From the NCBI RefSeq assembly GCF_000400465.1, contig NW_008806274.1:480244-512243 (forward strand): a stretch of DNA of 32,000 nucleotides, given 5' to 3'. The position numbers were made by a program, and so were the translations under genes. This DNA comes from Wallemia ichthyophaga EXF-994 (Eukaryota; Fungi; Basidiomycota). Shown here piece after piece: positions 1-11,900 of this stretch (the stretch's first letter is position 1; every line of letters begins with the position of its first letter). The notes beneath the pieces were generated by a model that was not told the DNA's origin, did no database searches, and worked only from the letters and a program-made list of their open reading frames with translations.

Positions 1-906
1 AGGAGGCAAAAAAATATAATTTTTGTAATTCTTGTAATTCTCATTTAGGACTATTTTTGAAGCTTTTTTATTTGGAGATCACCAAAATTCGTAAGTCAGC
101 CATCTGAAATGAGATAGGGGTAGTAGACGGGAATTCCAAGTTGGTAGATATTGAATGGAGGGTAGATATGGGGATTTACTTCGAATTCGGAAGGTGCCAC
201 GGAAATTATAGTCTAGTTTTGCTTACTTGTTGAAATTGTCAGTATGTAACATTCCTGCGTCTGTTTTTCACTTGCTTGGTATTTGCAGGGAGACTCGAGC
301 AGGGTTCACATTCATTGAGAATTTCATACTATCGGGTGCTATCGAAAGTATTAAACAGATTTTTTACATCGCCCTTCTACATCACAAGTGTTCTGGGGTT
401 CCAGTGATGTAGAGTTGAGTCGCAATGTGGGTGTTTGCGGATGTAACGAGATATGATAGCCCTGATGAATTTTTCACCTAATAATATGTAGAATCAGTGT
501 ATTGATCTCTGCAGTGTCTTCACTTCAATCATAATTATATGACTGAGAGGCGGCAGCAAGAACATCCGCGTAAGTGAAATGAATCGATCAAAAAGGCAAG
601 ACAATCAAGCACGTTAAATTAAAAGAGAGGCGCTACATACGACCTTTATTACGGATTCTAATTCCTTCAGAGGCATATTTCAAGACGACCGAAGTGCACC
701 GTCATGAAGCTAAAAATTAAGCTGTCGACAACCTCACTGTACCAACACAAACTGAAACGACTTTCATACCAATTAAACATTTATGTATGTGATAAATATG
801 AAGAAAATTCATTATGTAAAAGAATGTAAACTAGTGAACCAGTCTAAACCAATGCAAAAAAGTGTCAATGCTAGATTCTCCGAGAGTGCTTATCCTTGGC
901 ACGCCC

Positions 907-3900
907 CTAAGAACTTTTCTTGAACAAGCCCATGAACTTGCCAAAGGCCATCTGCACCATAATAGTAGGACTGAAAAACTTGACCTTGGTCAACCAGTAA
1001 AGGCCATAGCAAAGCGCGAGATTGCTAAAGAATGTGTATAAACTGAATATACCGAAGTAGCCCCATGGCCAACCTTCACCTTGGTAGACATGTATCTGCG
1101 AAAGGAAGGAGGATGAGTCTGACATAGGACAGTATTGGCAAGCAGTGGTTGCCGCAGGGTTCGCGAGATATCCAGGTGAGGATTGCGCGAATGAGCCGGC
1201 ATAGGCTTCACAAGTTTGACCAGGTGGTGGATTGAAAGTCGCCATTTCACTTTCAACACACCTGACGGTGGTGTCGTGAGTTGTAGCGCCTGCGTTACGT
1301 TAGGATTTTACTGAGTAATCAACTGCCAACACTTACCAATCATACCGTCGAGGAAGTACGTGAGAGGGTTGATGTAGTAAAGAGTGTATCTCCAGATAAC
1401 TGGAATATTGCCGTATTGAATGATGATACCGTTGATCAAGTTGAGGACGACAAGGTGGAATGGCATTGAGTTGGCGACGAAATGTGGTGAAGGAGCGGAG
1501 GCACAGAGCCAAACAGCCCACCATGAAACGAAAATCATGAACTCGATAGTCATCAATAGGCACAGCGCTGGATCAGCTCCAGTTCTAATGCCACTATCAG
1601 GTGTGTAGGAGAAACCAACTGGCCAGTACCAAACAACCCAATAAACTACCGCATTCAGCAAAGCATAGGGTAATTCAGATATCAAGAACGCTGTCATCCA
1701 CGCCTGCCACGAATAAATCTTTGAAGGGTTCTCTCTGGCCATAAATAAGCCCCAAGAAGTATAATATTTTGGTAATGTTGCATTGAGGATCGCTGGAGGC
1801 AACATAACGATAAGGAAAGCACTTTCGGCAAAATTAGCACTAATAGAGATAATGATTTCTTATACTTACCTGAACATGCGTTGCTGGAGTTCTTGTTGTG
1901 AATTACCGATTTTGAAGAAAGTGAAACCATTGAAGAGAGCGACGATGAATGTGACGAACAATTTCCCATATCCGTAGGCCGCATCTCTCCAGTAATTTCT
2001 CATTGAACGTTGGGTGAGTTGCCATACTTGAACCGACATTGGTTGTGAAAAAGTCCTAGTCATGGCTCTAGTCAGCTCTCTTGGTTTCTGCGACTTCTCG
2101 GTATTGATTCTGTCAACCTCCTCTCTGATAGAAGCGCAGTTCTTCGAATGGCGGTAGAGATCAGCAAAGTCAACCTTGTTTCCGTGAGCGTCACGACCAT
2201 ACGCGATCATCTCAATCGCATACTCAGCAACGTTCTCGTTGTCGTGACATGGGCGCGCACCGACGCTTTTGAAGTAATCGACTATCGTGTTTCCGTTGTG
2301 GCCAACCGGTCCTTGATACACTACGTTACCACCTGGAGCGAGCAAGAGGAGTCGATCGAAGAATTCGGTGAAGAGCATACTTGAAGGTTGATGAATAGTA
2401 CACAGAATTGCTTGGCCAGCACGTGCAAGCTTCTCCAAGAAACGTCCGATTGAGTATGCCGATTGCGAATCAAGACCAGAAGTTGGCTCATCGAGGAAGA
2501 GAAGTACGTCTGGCTTGGCTGCCAATTCAACAGCAATAGTGACTCTCTTACGTTGCTCAACTGATAAACCTGCCTCGGGTGTACCCACAATCGCGTCTTC
2601 GAGATCTCTTAACTCAAGCAAGTCCATAATCTGTTCGACGTAATCGATGACTTCTTGACGTGGTGTTTCGCGTGGCTGTCTAAGAATTGCGGAGAATTCT
2701 ATCGACTCTCTAACTGTGGCGTATGCATCGTGCAAGTCACCTTGTTGAACATAACCAGTACCTCTTTGGAATGAGTTCAGTTCAAGAGGTTTACCGTCGA
2801 TAAGCATGTCACCAGAAACAACACCCATTGCCATTCTTTGAGAGAGTGTGTTGAGGAGAGTGGTTTTACCCGCACCAGATGCACCCATCAAAGCGGTGAT
2901 TGTACCAGGCTTGACGAATCCGGTTATATTGTTGAGTAGCTTTCTGTCGCCACCAGGGGTAGACACAGTGTAAGAGACGTCCTTGAATGTGAAATCAGCT
3001 TCAGATGGTTTGATTGAACCTGGTGTAACTTCCGTCACAGGAGCACCACCCTTCTCATCTGTTGAGCGAGCTGTTGGTCCAGTTTCAACATCGCCAACCA
3101 TAGCCTTCTCAGTTTCTTTTGCCTTAGCCTTACCCTTCTCGGTCTTAGCGAAGACGGTAACACCACCACCATTTCCTGAGAAGTCGAAAATCTCACTGAA
3201 GAGAGCAGTTGCCAATAGGTAACCAATCAGATAAGCCATAACGTAACCGAAGTTAGGCCAAACGTGCGAGAAACTATAGCCGAAAGCAGTATTGATATAG
3301 TTGTCACCAGGAATAGTCAAGCTACCGGGAACGGAGCCTTGGAAAGCGCATGTTTGGTAGGCTACTTGTGCACCTGCAATGTTTGGAACAACAGATCCTG
3401 GAGCGCATGACAAAGTCATACCGTGGAATTCGTTAGCCATGGCAGCTTCGAAAGCAAATGGAAGTGGGTTAATGTAACTGATCCACTTAAACCACTCTGG
3501 CATATCAGTACGTGGAATAACATAACCAACGAAGACAACAGCAATGTTGAGCGCACAGACTGAAAATCTGATGGCTTTAAGACATTGTTAGTATCATCGT
3601 CTGTCATTTTGACAAATACTCACCTTCATTGAACGTTGGACTAAGGGCTGCAACGGCACGGTAGAATTGAGTCAACGACATGGCAGTAATGAAGACGAAG
3701 AGGTAGTATATGAAAAATTGACCAGCTGTGTACTGAAGTGATGCCAAGAAGTAGACGATAATTGACATCAAAGTGACACACCCGAACAAAATTGGGATAT
3801 CAACGATAGCTCTAGCAAAAACGACTGCTGATGGGCGATAAAAGGCAAATTCCCTTTGCCTTTGGATGATTACTCGTCCACTGACAGCATCGAAGAGCTC

Positions 3901-5605
3901 CGGCAATTGAAGCCAACCAATAAATAATATCGAAAAGAACAGAATACCACCGCGAGAGAATGCTCCACTAGAGCTTTGAGGTTCACCATAGAACATTGAC
4001 GCGACGACGAATGAAACGACCAGAATTGTAACGAATTTAGTAACATAACCATCAAGTTGACCAATTTGTAACTGAATTTGACGAATAACGCAGTAGTAGA
4101 TTTGCTCAAAGTACGAAACAGTGTATGGAGAGCTCTTAGCCATACGCCTCTTCTTTTCCTCGCGAACAGAGTCTTTGAAAATTCCCAGATCCCTATGGTC
4201 AGAGGAAAATGCTTGATCAGCAGCGGCAAGTGCTGCTTGGTAGTAGTGAGAAGATTTGTAAGCTTGTTCAAGGTCTTCAGTTGTACGAGGAGCACGGCCT
4301 TCCCAGCCTTCCTTGTATGTACGCTCGTGAAGATCAGTGATACCTGTCAGGAAATCCGCAGATGTTTGACGTGGTGGCTTGTAGAAACCAAGACTTTGGA
4401 AGTAAGCACAAGCCTCGTTGGCTGGACCATAGAAAATACAACGACCGTCATCGATCAAGCAAACCTTGTCGAAAAGTTCGTAAATACCTTCACCGGCTTG
4501 GTAGAGCGTTGCAATTGATGTACCACCAGTGATATCGGTAATGATTCTCAAACTTCTAACATAATCGACCGCGGTAGAAGCATCCAAACCACGAGTGGAG
4601 TTGTCCCAACACATGACAGAAGCACGAGTTGCGAGTGTTTCGGCAATGGAGACACGCTTACGCTCACCACCTGAGACACCTCTCACCATGTCGTTACCAA
4701 CGACCGTGTTTGCGGTGTGCTCTATACCGAACATCTTGAGAAGAGCTTCAAGAACGTATTCAACAAACTGCATTCTGGCCATTCCTTGAGGTCTAACACG
4801 AGGAACTTTTTCACGCAAAGCAAATGCAAGTGTTTGAGCAACGGTGAGTGTAGGGAAGTGAATGTCTTCCTCAGTGTTCATAACAACTTCACCACGGTAC
4901 TTGTGCTTGACCTCCTTAGGAGTCAATCCACCATAGTCGACATCACCGTGTACGCCGACGTAACCTCCTCTCTTGTTGGCGAGTGCTTTGAGGAATGTAG
5001 TGCAACCAGAGCCAGGCTTTCCAAGCACAAGCATCATTTCGTTGCCAAGGGCACCCGTAAAATCGTCAACGAGGTTGCGTACAGGTGGTTTTCTGCCAAT
5101 TTTCAGTTGGGGGATGTAGCGGGTAACGAATTCGTAGGCGTCAGGACCAAAGGTAGACATAACAGCCTCTGGGAAGGTTTTGACAAATGTAGAGCCGCTT
5201 CCAGCACCCTTGACCTGTTATAATGTGAGAAATGATCACGGACCCATATATACTGACTCACCGTCAAATGCCTCCAGGAGACACCAAGATGTGGCTTGTG
5301 GGTTTTACCAGCATCCTGGAAACGCTCTCTAGCGCCCTTGAGTGATGCGTCAAGGAGGGTGATTTGTAAGCAAAGTGATTACATACAGTGATGAAAGCTT
5401 GCAAGTCGAACTCGTCCTCGTCTCCCTTGACGGTGGCGTCCGACACAGACTTACGCTGCTGGTCTGATGATTGTTTTGATGATTGCTTTGAATCCTGCTG
5501 TTCTTTGCTGAACTGCCGGGACAATCTTCTGAAGATCTCCTTGGAATCATCAACGTTAACTTCGTTGGGAGATCCCCAACTAGCTTCGTTGCCTTCTTTA
5601 GACAT
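907..5605 (-). CDS. Full-length PDR-family (fungal ABCG) ABC transporter, NBD-TMD-NBD-TMD, 1485 aa, 6 exons
   Basis: Exons 5605-5387, 5336-5262, 5214-3624, 3574-1870, 1821-1337, 1289-907 sum to 4458 nt, joined by GT-AG introns of 47-50 nt. NBD1 has GKPGSGCTT (PDR-type Cys Walker A), VSGGERKRVSIAE and CWDNSTRGLD. NBD2 has GASGAGKTTLL, LSVEQRKRVTI and FLDEPTSGLD. PDR_CDR-like extracellular loop NEFHG...C. Confidence 0.96.
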
Positions 5606-5670
5606 ATTTGTTTGATTATGAGATGATGGTTTTGAAGAAAAAGTTGGGCGTCTTTTGTCACATCTCGCCG

Positions 5671-5737
5671 GGGTCCGCGAACTTAGCTAAGCAAGGTGGG
5701 CAGCCCCAGTCGACGGTTTTGGAAGGGTTCGCGGCCC
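5671..5737. promoter_or_regulatory. Inverted pair of CCGCGAA elements upstream of the ABC transporter (candidate Zn2Cys6/PDRE-like sites)
   Basis: GGGTCCGCGAAC (5671-5682) and GTTCGCGGCCC (5727-5737) are near reverse complements, 66-132 nt upstream of the ATG. TCCGCGAA is one base from the yeast PDRE TCCGCGGA. Function is inferred only. Confidence 0.3.
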
Positions 5738-6898
5738 TTGATGACAAATTACGCAGTCTATCCTTATCAAGTCATTACGCCCTGGCTATCTAGCTACTTA
5801 ATTTATGCGAGTGTGGGACGCTTTACACGCCTTCATTCCCCTTGGTATCGCCACAGAGAAAAGCACGAAAAGATGCGCAGTGTGACAAATTCAATTGTAA
5901 TGTCATGATCGTAGTAGTTGTAAGGCTTATACGCATTCATGTCCAGGTATTCCAACTTCGTGCCATTTATCGGTCAAAGTGGGGTCTTCAAAGGCGAAAA
6001 TGCAGTGACCTCAGGGATTCGCCGGGCTAATGTGGCTCGCAGAAGCCAATCAAGCACACTCAATCACTTTTAGTTCTGTTAGATATCCTTTACTGACAGC
6101 GTACCTGGCATTACTAATCCCGGTGCCAATGTCAGTTCATCCTTGACATGATCTGACGCGAAGTTTGCGTGGCATGATACTAGCATCCCTGTATCTGACG
6201 GTGCCTGATTTTTTCCGTCGCTTTCGGACACTATCAGTACCTCGTACGCTCGCTTCATCGCCAAGAGCGGCACCCAGGAGATAATATGACGGATTAACTA
6301 TGGAATTACAGGAGATACAAAATGAACCCTGCTGCCAAGTACACAATCTCGCTGTGCAGGTCGCAAATGGTATCTAGATCCTTGTGATTTTGCATATGCA
6401 TTGGCTTGCATTAAATTCAGTGATGCTTTGCCAGATAAAGGACATTCAAAATATACATTTACTGTTTCTGTTGTGTTTTATCCGCCTTGTGTGACTTTTG
6501 AGGTGGATCGCAGGAGTAGTACGCGCCGAGAGTGGGGAAAGTAGAACAATAAGGACGTTATCGAGAGCATAGATAAATTTGAACGTGATACACTTGGTGT
6601 ACGCTTGCATTCAGTTAGTCGTACATCCCAGCGAAAATGACGACGCTGAGGTTTGCGGACATGCATTGACTTATCAAAGTACACAGTTACGTACAAATTT
6701 GTAAGCATTATTTTCAGTAGCACTATTCGATTACGATCACGGCTTGTACAGTTCTCAATTAAAGTTTTTAAGCTTTCATTTCCCCCTAATGCCGTCATCG
6801 CTATGCAGCCTCTTGGAAATGCATAGAGGAAGCAACAAATCCAGGACTTTCAATAAACTATTATCCATTTAATATTTCCAGCTGCAATGGGAATATGA

Positions 6899-7177
6899 TT
6901 GCAGGCATTCGCCCATTCCAACCGTCCTGTGTGTTATAGAAGGGCTGATTTACGACTTATGTGGAACATTTTGAATAAATAGTCTTGCCGGAAAGCAATG
7001 AAATTAATGAGAGGAGTGTACCTGGATAGAAAGAGAGAGGTGCACTCGGAAGGCACCTCGCTTGAAGTTAGCGATTTGGTTGCCATTGCTGAGTAATTCC
7101 AAATCCCCAAATATGGAGGTACGAAGAACTTTGAACGCTTCAAAAGAGTGCTCTTTTGCATTGGTTTGAAAGGTTAA
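6899..7177 (+). pseudogene. Possible decayed reading frame, family unknown
   Basis: 93-codon frame LQAFAHSNRPVCYRRADLRLMWNILNK*SCRKAMKLMRGVYLDRKREVHSEGTSLEVSDLVAIAE*FQIPKYGGTKNFERFKRVLFCIGLKG* with only 2 internal stops (TAG 6980, TAA 7094). No homology recognised. Confidence 0.2.
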
Positions 7178-7655
7178 GCTTCCATATACCTCAAGTATAG
7201 TCTTTTGGATGCGTGTTACGTTTTACAACGCGTAGGCTCAGTCTTAGCTCTCAGGAAGAAATAACGCCACTTCCATTTGTATCTCATATTATAAATTTAA
7301 TCCATACAGCAAAAAGTGGTGGTTAAATCAACTGTAGTCCACTAATGTTGAGAAAGCCGACAAGACGTTCGCGTTACCTTGGCATAGGCGCGCGGCGACT
7401 TTTTTTTTAAATACTCAACCTTGGTACGCTAAGCTGCCTCCTGGAGATATGTCGAGACCTTTCAACTCATGTAGGAGTATTAGATGATCAGTGTACATTT
7501 TACTGCTATCAAGATGGAATCAGATGCAATGTCTGGACAGATAACAGCTATGACATGCGGGAATGCTCAAGCTCTCCCCTAATTTAAACAAGCGTCGTCC
7601 AATCATACATATAAATAAGACAACCAGTCTCTTGTGATCTCATCTCTCGCATAGG

Positions 7656-7994
7656 CAATCCCTTGCTTCAGCCAAGTCTTTAAAGGCACGAGAAGACTAC
7701 ATTTCATATGTGATTAACTTGCATGACTGCGAAAAGTCTATAGCAAAGTATCCAAGCATCTTAGGTTCTTATTCTGCTCGTACTTGCGTAAACACCTTCA
7801 AATTCATCACAAGTCAACTCAAAGATAGTGCTTAGAGCAGCAAAAGGTTCTCAGAATTACTTGATATCATTTTGCCAGGCTTTGATATCATTAATAGCCT
7901 CAATTAAAATCATCTCCCGCTCAGTCAGATTTGCGCCTCAGCTCTTACATATCGTGATGCATTTGTACAACTGGACAGCCTTAGAATATACTAA
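7656..7994 (+). pseudogene. Possible decayed reading frame abutting the RPL34 stop, family unknown
   Basis: 113-codon frame (QSLASAKSLKAREDYISYVINLHDCEKSIAKYPSILG...DSA*SSKRFSELLDIILPGFDIINSLN*NHLPLSQICASALTYRDAFVQLDSLRIY*) with 2 internal stops (TAG 7833, TAA 7905). No homology recognised. Confidence 0.22.
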
Positions 7995-7996
7995 TT

Positions 7997-8431
7997 TTAC
8001 TTAGCAGTTTGGCTCTTGATGACCTTCTTGACGATCTTGGCCTCCTCAACCAAGAATGCACGTACGATTCTTTCACGGACGCAGTGAGCGCAACGGCTAC
8101 CACCATAAGCACGAGTGACGGACTTTTGGCGCTTAGAGATGGTTGCGTAGCCTCTTGGACGGAGAGCTGGAACCTGTGTGCGATGGTTAGCAAGTAGGAG
8201 GGAATACACAGGCGACGTACACCTGAGAGAGCTAAACCACAGTCACCACACTTTGGAACGGTTGGCTTCTTGTGGATGTGCAAGTAGCGCAATTGTCCAC
8301 CTATTAGCACTTGTCAGCAGTCTTCTCTGAGCGAGAATCGACCAACCTGGGGTCTTGATGACACGACGCTTGTTGGACTTGGTGTTGTATGGGTTTGGCT
8401 TCCTCAATTGAACACGTCTGGCATCAACCAT
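7997..8431 (-). CDS. RPL34: 60S ribosomal protein L34 (eL34), 113 aa, 3 exons
   Basis: Exons 8431-8347, 8300-8221, 8173-7997, with 46 and 47 nt introns. [63 protein letters not shown] are typical eL34 motifs. Confidence 0.98.
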
Positions 8432-8913
8432 CTTTAACTGCTCTTCAACGTCGGTAAAAAAAGAAGGTAGAAACGCCTTTCGCCCACATTTTTTCGACCA
8501 CCAAAATTAAAATTTATGAGGTAAATTTAAAGCCAAAATGGGCTAATGATACTTTTCCTGGCAGTGAATCGTGGGCTTAATGTGCTTGAGGCTTTTTCGC
8601 TGGCTCTGCCGGTTTGGTTGATGCGGTAGTGCGTAAGCTGAGAGACGCTCACATAAATGGGCGATGCTTGAGACTGGCTTGTATGCGAGCGTGAAGTATG
8701 CGTATTTGTGTACATGACTGGTGAGGCATCTTTGTGTGACGCACCTACGCAGTGCACTGTATCCCATCTCATTGAGATATTGCGTGTATCTCAATGAAAT
8801 AGAGGCATTCCATTTCTGCTGTATTTTAGCACAAATTATTTGATTTTTACTCGGCTCAATCTCACAGTGACGTGCGATGTCACTTCGAGCACAACCACCA
8901 CGATCTATGCAAG

Positions 8914-11900
8914 ATGAGTGATCCAAACGATCTCAAGCCACCAGAAACAGACGTAATTCTCCTTTTTTTACTGCAATACTGCCACTCACGCCTCTCCAGA
9001 CCGAAAGCAGGTCGCCATCTCCCAAGCCAGTGGGGATGTCAATTAAGGAGAGGATGGCTATGTTCAACAAGCAGGCTGAGTCCTCAAATGCACCGTCTGC
9101 CAAACAGCCTCCTCCATCTATCGGCAGAAAGCCTCTGAACTGGCAACCCCCTGCTGAGCGTAAGGTGTCCTCAGGAGAGGGAAGAAGCGGCCTCAGCGCC
9201 AATGACGCAGCCAGTTCTATCTCAAGACCAGGGGGCAGCCTCAAGGACCGTATGGCAGCCTTACAGGGCGCTTTCGGATCTGCCTCGGCTCCATCTCCAG
9301 GTCCAAAGCCTGAAGTTAAACCGAAGGAGACGAAACAAGCCGACGATATTAAGTCGCCTATCGAAGAGTCAGATCAGCAAGATCGTTCTGAGTCTGTCAA
9401 TGTGCGTTCTACAGATGATCCAGATGTTGCTAAAGGCGCAGCATCTGACGTAGTCAAGGATCATTCCGACGAACCAGAAGCTAATGGCGATGAAGATGCT
9501 GAAAATGCAGAGGAAGATCGTGTCAAACGTCAAGATATTGCCGCTCGTATGGCCAGACTTGGTGGAATGCGTCTTGGCGGACCGCCAATGCCTTCTTCAA
9601 ATTCCAAAACTCCAGAGCCAGAGACATCAGCTGTATTGCCTGAAGAAGCTCAAACCTCACATAAAACTTCAGAAGAGCTCCAAGAGGAACAGAAGCAGGA
9701 GCCCAAACAGAATATACCAGCTCCGGTAGATACCACAAATATGCAAGAGGAGTCGACAGTAGAAGCAAAATCAGAGGCAGTACCAGAAGCCAAACCTGAA
9801 GAACCTGTACAATCAGTACAAGAAGAGCCTCTCCCTGAACCAGAACAAACTTTTAATGATGTTAAAGAGCCTATTGAGGAACTCAACGACCAACCCACTT
9901 CAATGAAGGCACCTCCGCTAGCTCGCAGAGCTAAACCACCACGCCGTCGTCTTCCTCAAACGCAGGTACAAACGGACGATCTTGACGCGGCTACTACAAC
10001 CCCACTCCCAGAAACACCAGCTATAGAGCAGGTTTCCCAGGAAGAGGAGAAGGTAGAGAAAGAAGAGGTGTCTCAAGAAGCGTCTTCTCGTGAGCCAGAC
10101 CAAGCACTCAAACCCGTCACTGATGACGAAAATCCAGGTGGTGATCACCTTCACCGTTTCTCACCACCTAGCTCACAGGAAGAGGTTCAAACAGATGAAC
10201 AAAGCACGGAAGATCGTCGTATCTCAATCGCTACTGCTCTCGTCGACAAACCAACACCACTCAATGAGGCTATTGAGCACTTTCACAGCCCATTAGATAA
10301 AGAAGAGACTCCAGTAGAAACTCCAAAAGATGAGATCGAGCCGTCTTCTCCGCTGCCAATTGCTCAGCCAAGTCTCCCTGTTACCGAGGTGCAAAAGGAT
10401 GAGGAAGCACCTCCAAAAATGCCTGAGGAGGCAGGAGCTCCTCAGAATTATGCCACATTGGACGATGACATCGAAAGCTCCGAACGTAAGTAATTTATTT
10501 AATGTACATGCATACATTTAATTCGATTGAATAGCTCGTAACGATGATGAAAAGGGTAAAGAACGCCGCACTTACTCAGAATCAGACTCCTTGGATGTGG
10601 ATGTAGCCAACGAAAAAACTGAACAAGCGAACGAACCACAAAACATCGAAAACTCGTTAGAGCACCGTCTTGAAAAGGAAAGCAGAAAAGCAGCTGAGAA
10701 GGAAGAACAGGAAGCAGATGCGGTAGGCAACGACGATGTTTTGCAGACGTCAGATGAGAATGAAAGCGATGAACCACCAATTCCATCTGGCAAGCCTATA
10801 GTTGAAAAAGAGAAGCAGGAAATAGACGAAAATGTCCAAGAGCCGGTCACTTTGGCGGATGAAAGTAGTCCTGAAGTGGTAAATGAAACGGCATCAGTGG
10901 CAGCTCCTTCTGTTGGTGAGGAACAGGACCAGGCTCCTATAGAAGAGGCAACCTCTTCAAATGCTAAAGGCGGCATCGCTGAACGCATGGCAAAGATCTC
11001 AATGGCAGGTGGTTTCAAGTTTGGTCCTGCACCACCAGTGCTCAACAAGCCAGTCCAACATTCAGAAGACTGGGAAGCCAAGGAAGACAAGGAAGACAAC
11101 AAGGAAGAGGAGATAGCTGAAGCTGCACCACCAGTAACTGAAGTCGAAGACGAGAAGATGTCAATATCTGAGAAACCGGTTGAACAGGTTGATGAGACAA
11201 AGGAAGGCATCACACAGCCAGATGATTCTAAAATTAAAGGAGCTCAAGAGACTCAGGAGACTCAAAAGTCAGAAGAAACAGAAGAGACAGACGCTGAGCG
11301 CCGCGCTAGGATTGCAAAGAAGTTGGCTGCATCAGGTACTCTTAGACCGGTCTTTGGAGGCACTCCTGAACAAGTATCACCGGCACCACAGGAGAAGAAA
11401 AAGAATGATTTCGATGACTTTGATGACTTTGATGAGGAGGCCAGTAATTCAGAAGCATCAGATGACGATGACATGAAGAGATTTATGGAGGGCGTGCAAA
11501 AGAAACCTAATTCGGACGAGAGAAGTGATGGTGAGAACTTTAAATTTTCTTTACAACATCTAATTCCTTCAACAGTAGGTGACTCAGCTGTCTCGTCTGT
11601 ACAAGGAGATGGCCTCGAGTCTAAGGACTCGCAATCACACCCAGAACCTTCTGATCCGGAGGAGGACAAAAAGTCTATCCCCTTGCCTTCAAGAAACATG
11701 CCATCTCTCACTACTGAACTATCAGAGTCTTCAGAAGCAACTATGCATCCAGATGCAAACGGTTTAGCTGAACAAATTCATCCTAATACTGTCGCTGAAC
11801 CTGAATCAGAAGCTGAGATGTCACCACCACCAATTCCAAGTCGTCAGATTGTTGCTTCTCCACCAACACCAGTCAGGTCAGTCCCAAGTCTTCCGCAGTC

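Noticed and set aside
4990-5030. Non-canonical NBD1 Walker A (GSGCTT) and NBD2 signature (LSVEQ) in the ABC transporter
   Set aside because: This asymmetry is the normal signature of fungal PDR transporters, not a sign of inactivation or novelty.
7365-7408. ACG-TTCG-CGT mini-hairpin followed by a GC patch and T9 (possible Pol III RNA)
   Set aside because: No A/B boxes, cloverleaf or recognisable snRNA/SRP motifs.
10572-11213. Long antisense ORFs (10572-11213, 11262-11711, 14923 alternative starts, 18639-19043, 28891-29388 and others)
   Set aside because: Shadows of real low-complexity or codon-biased genes on the opposite strand or frame, with no independent motifs.
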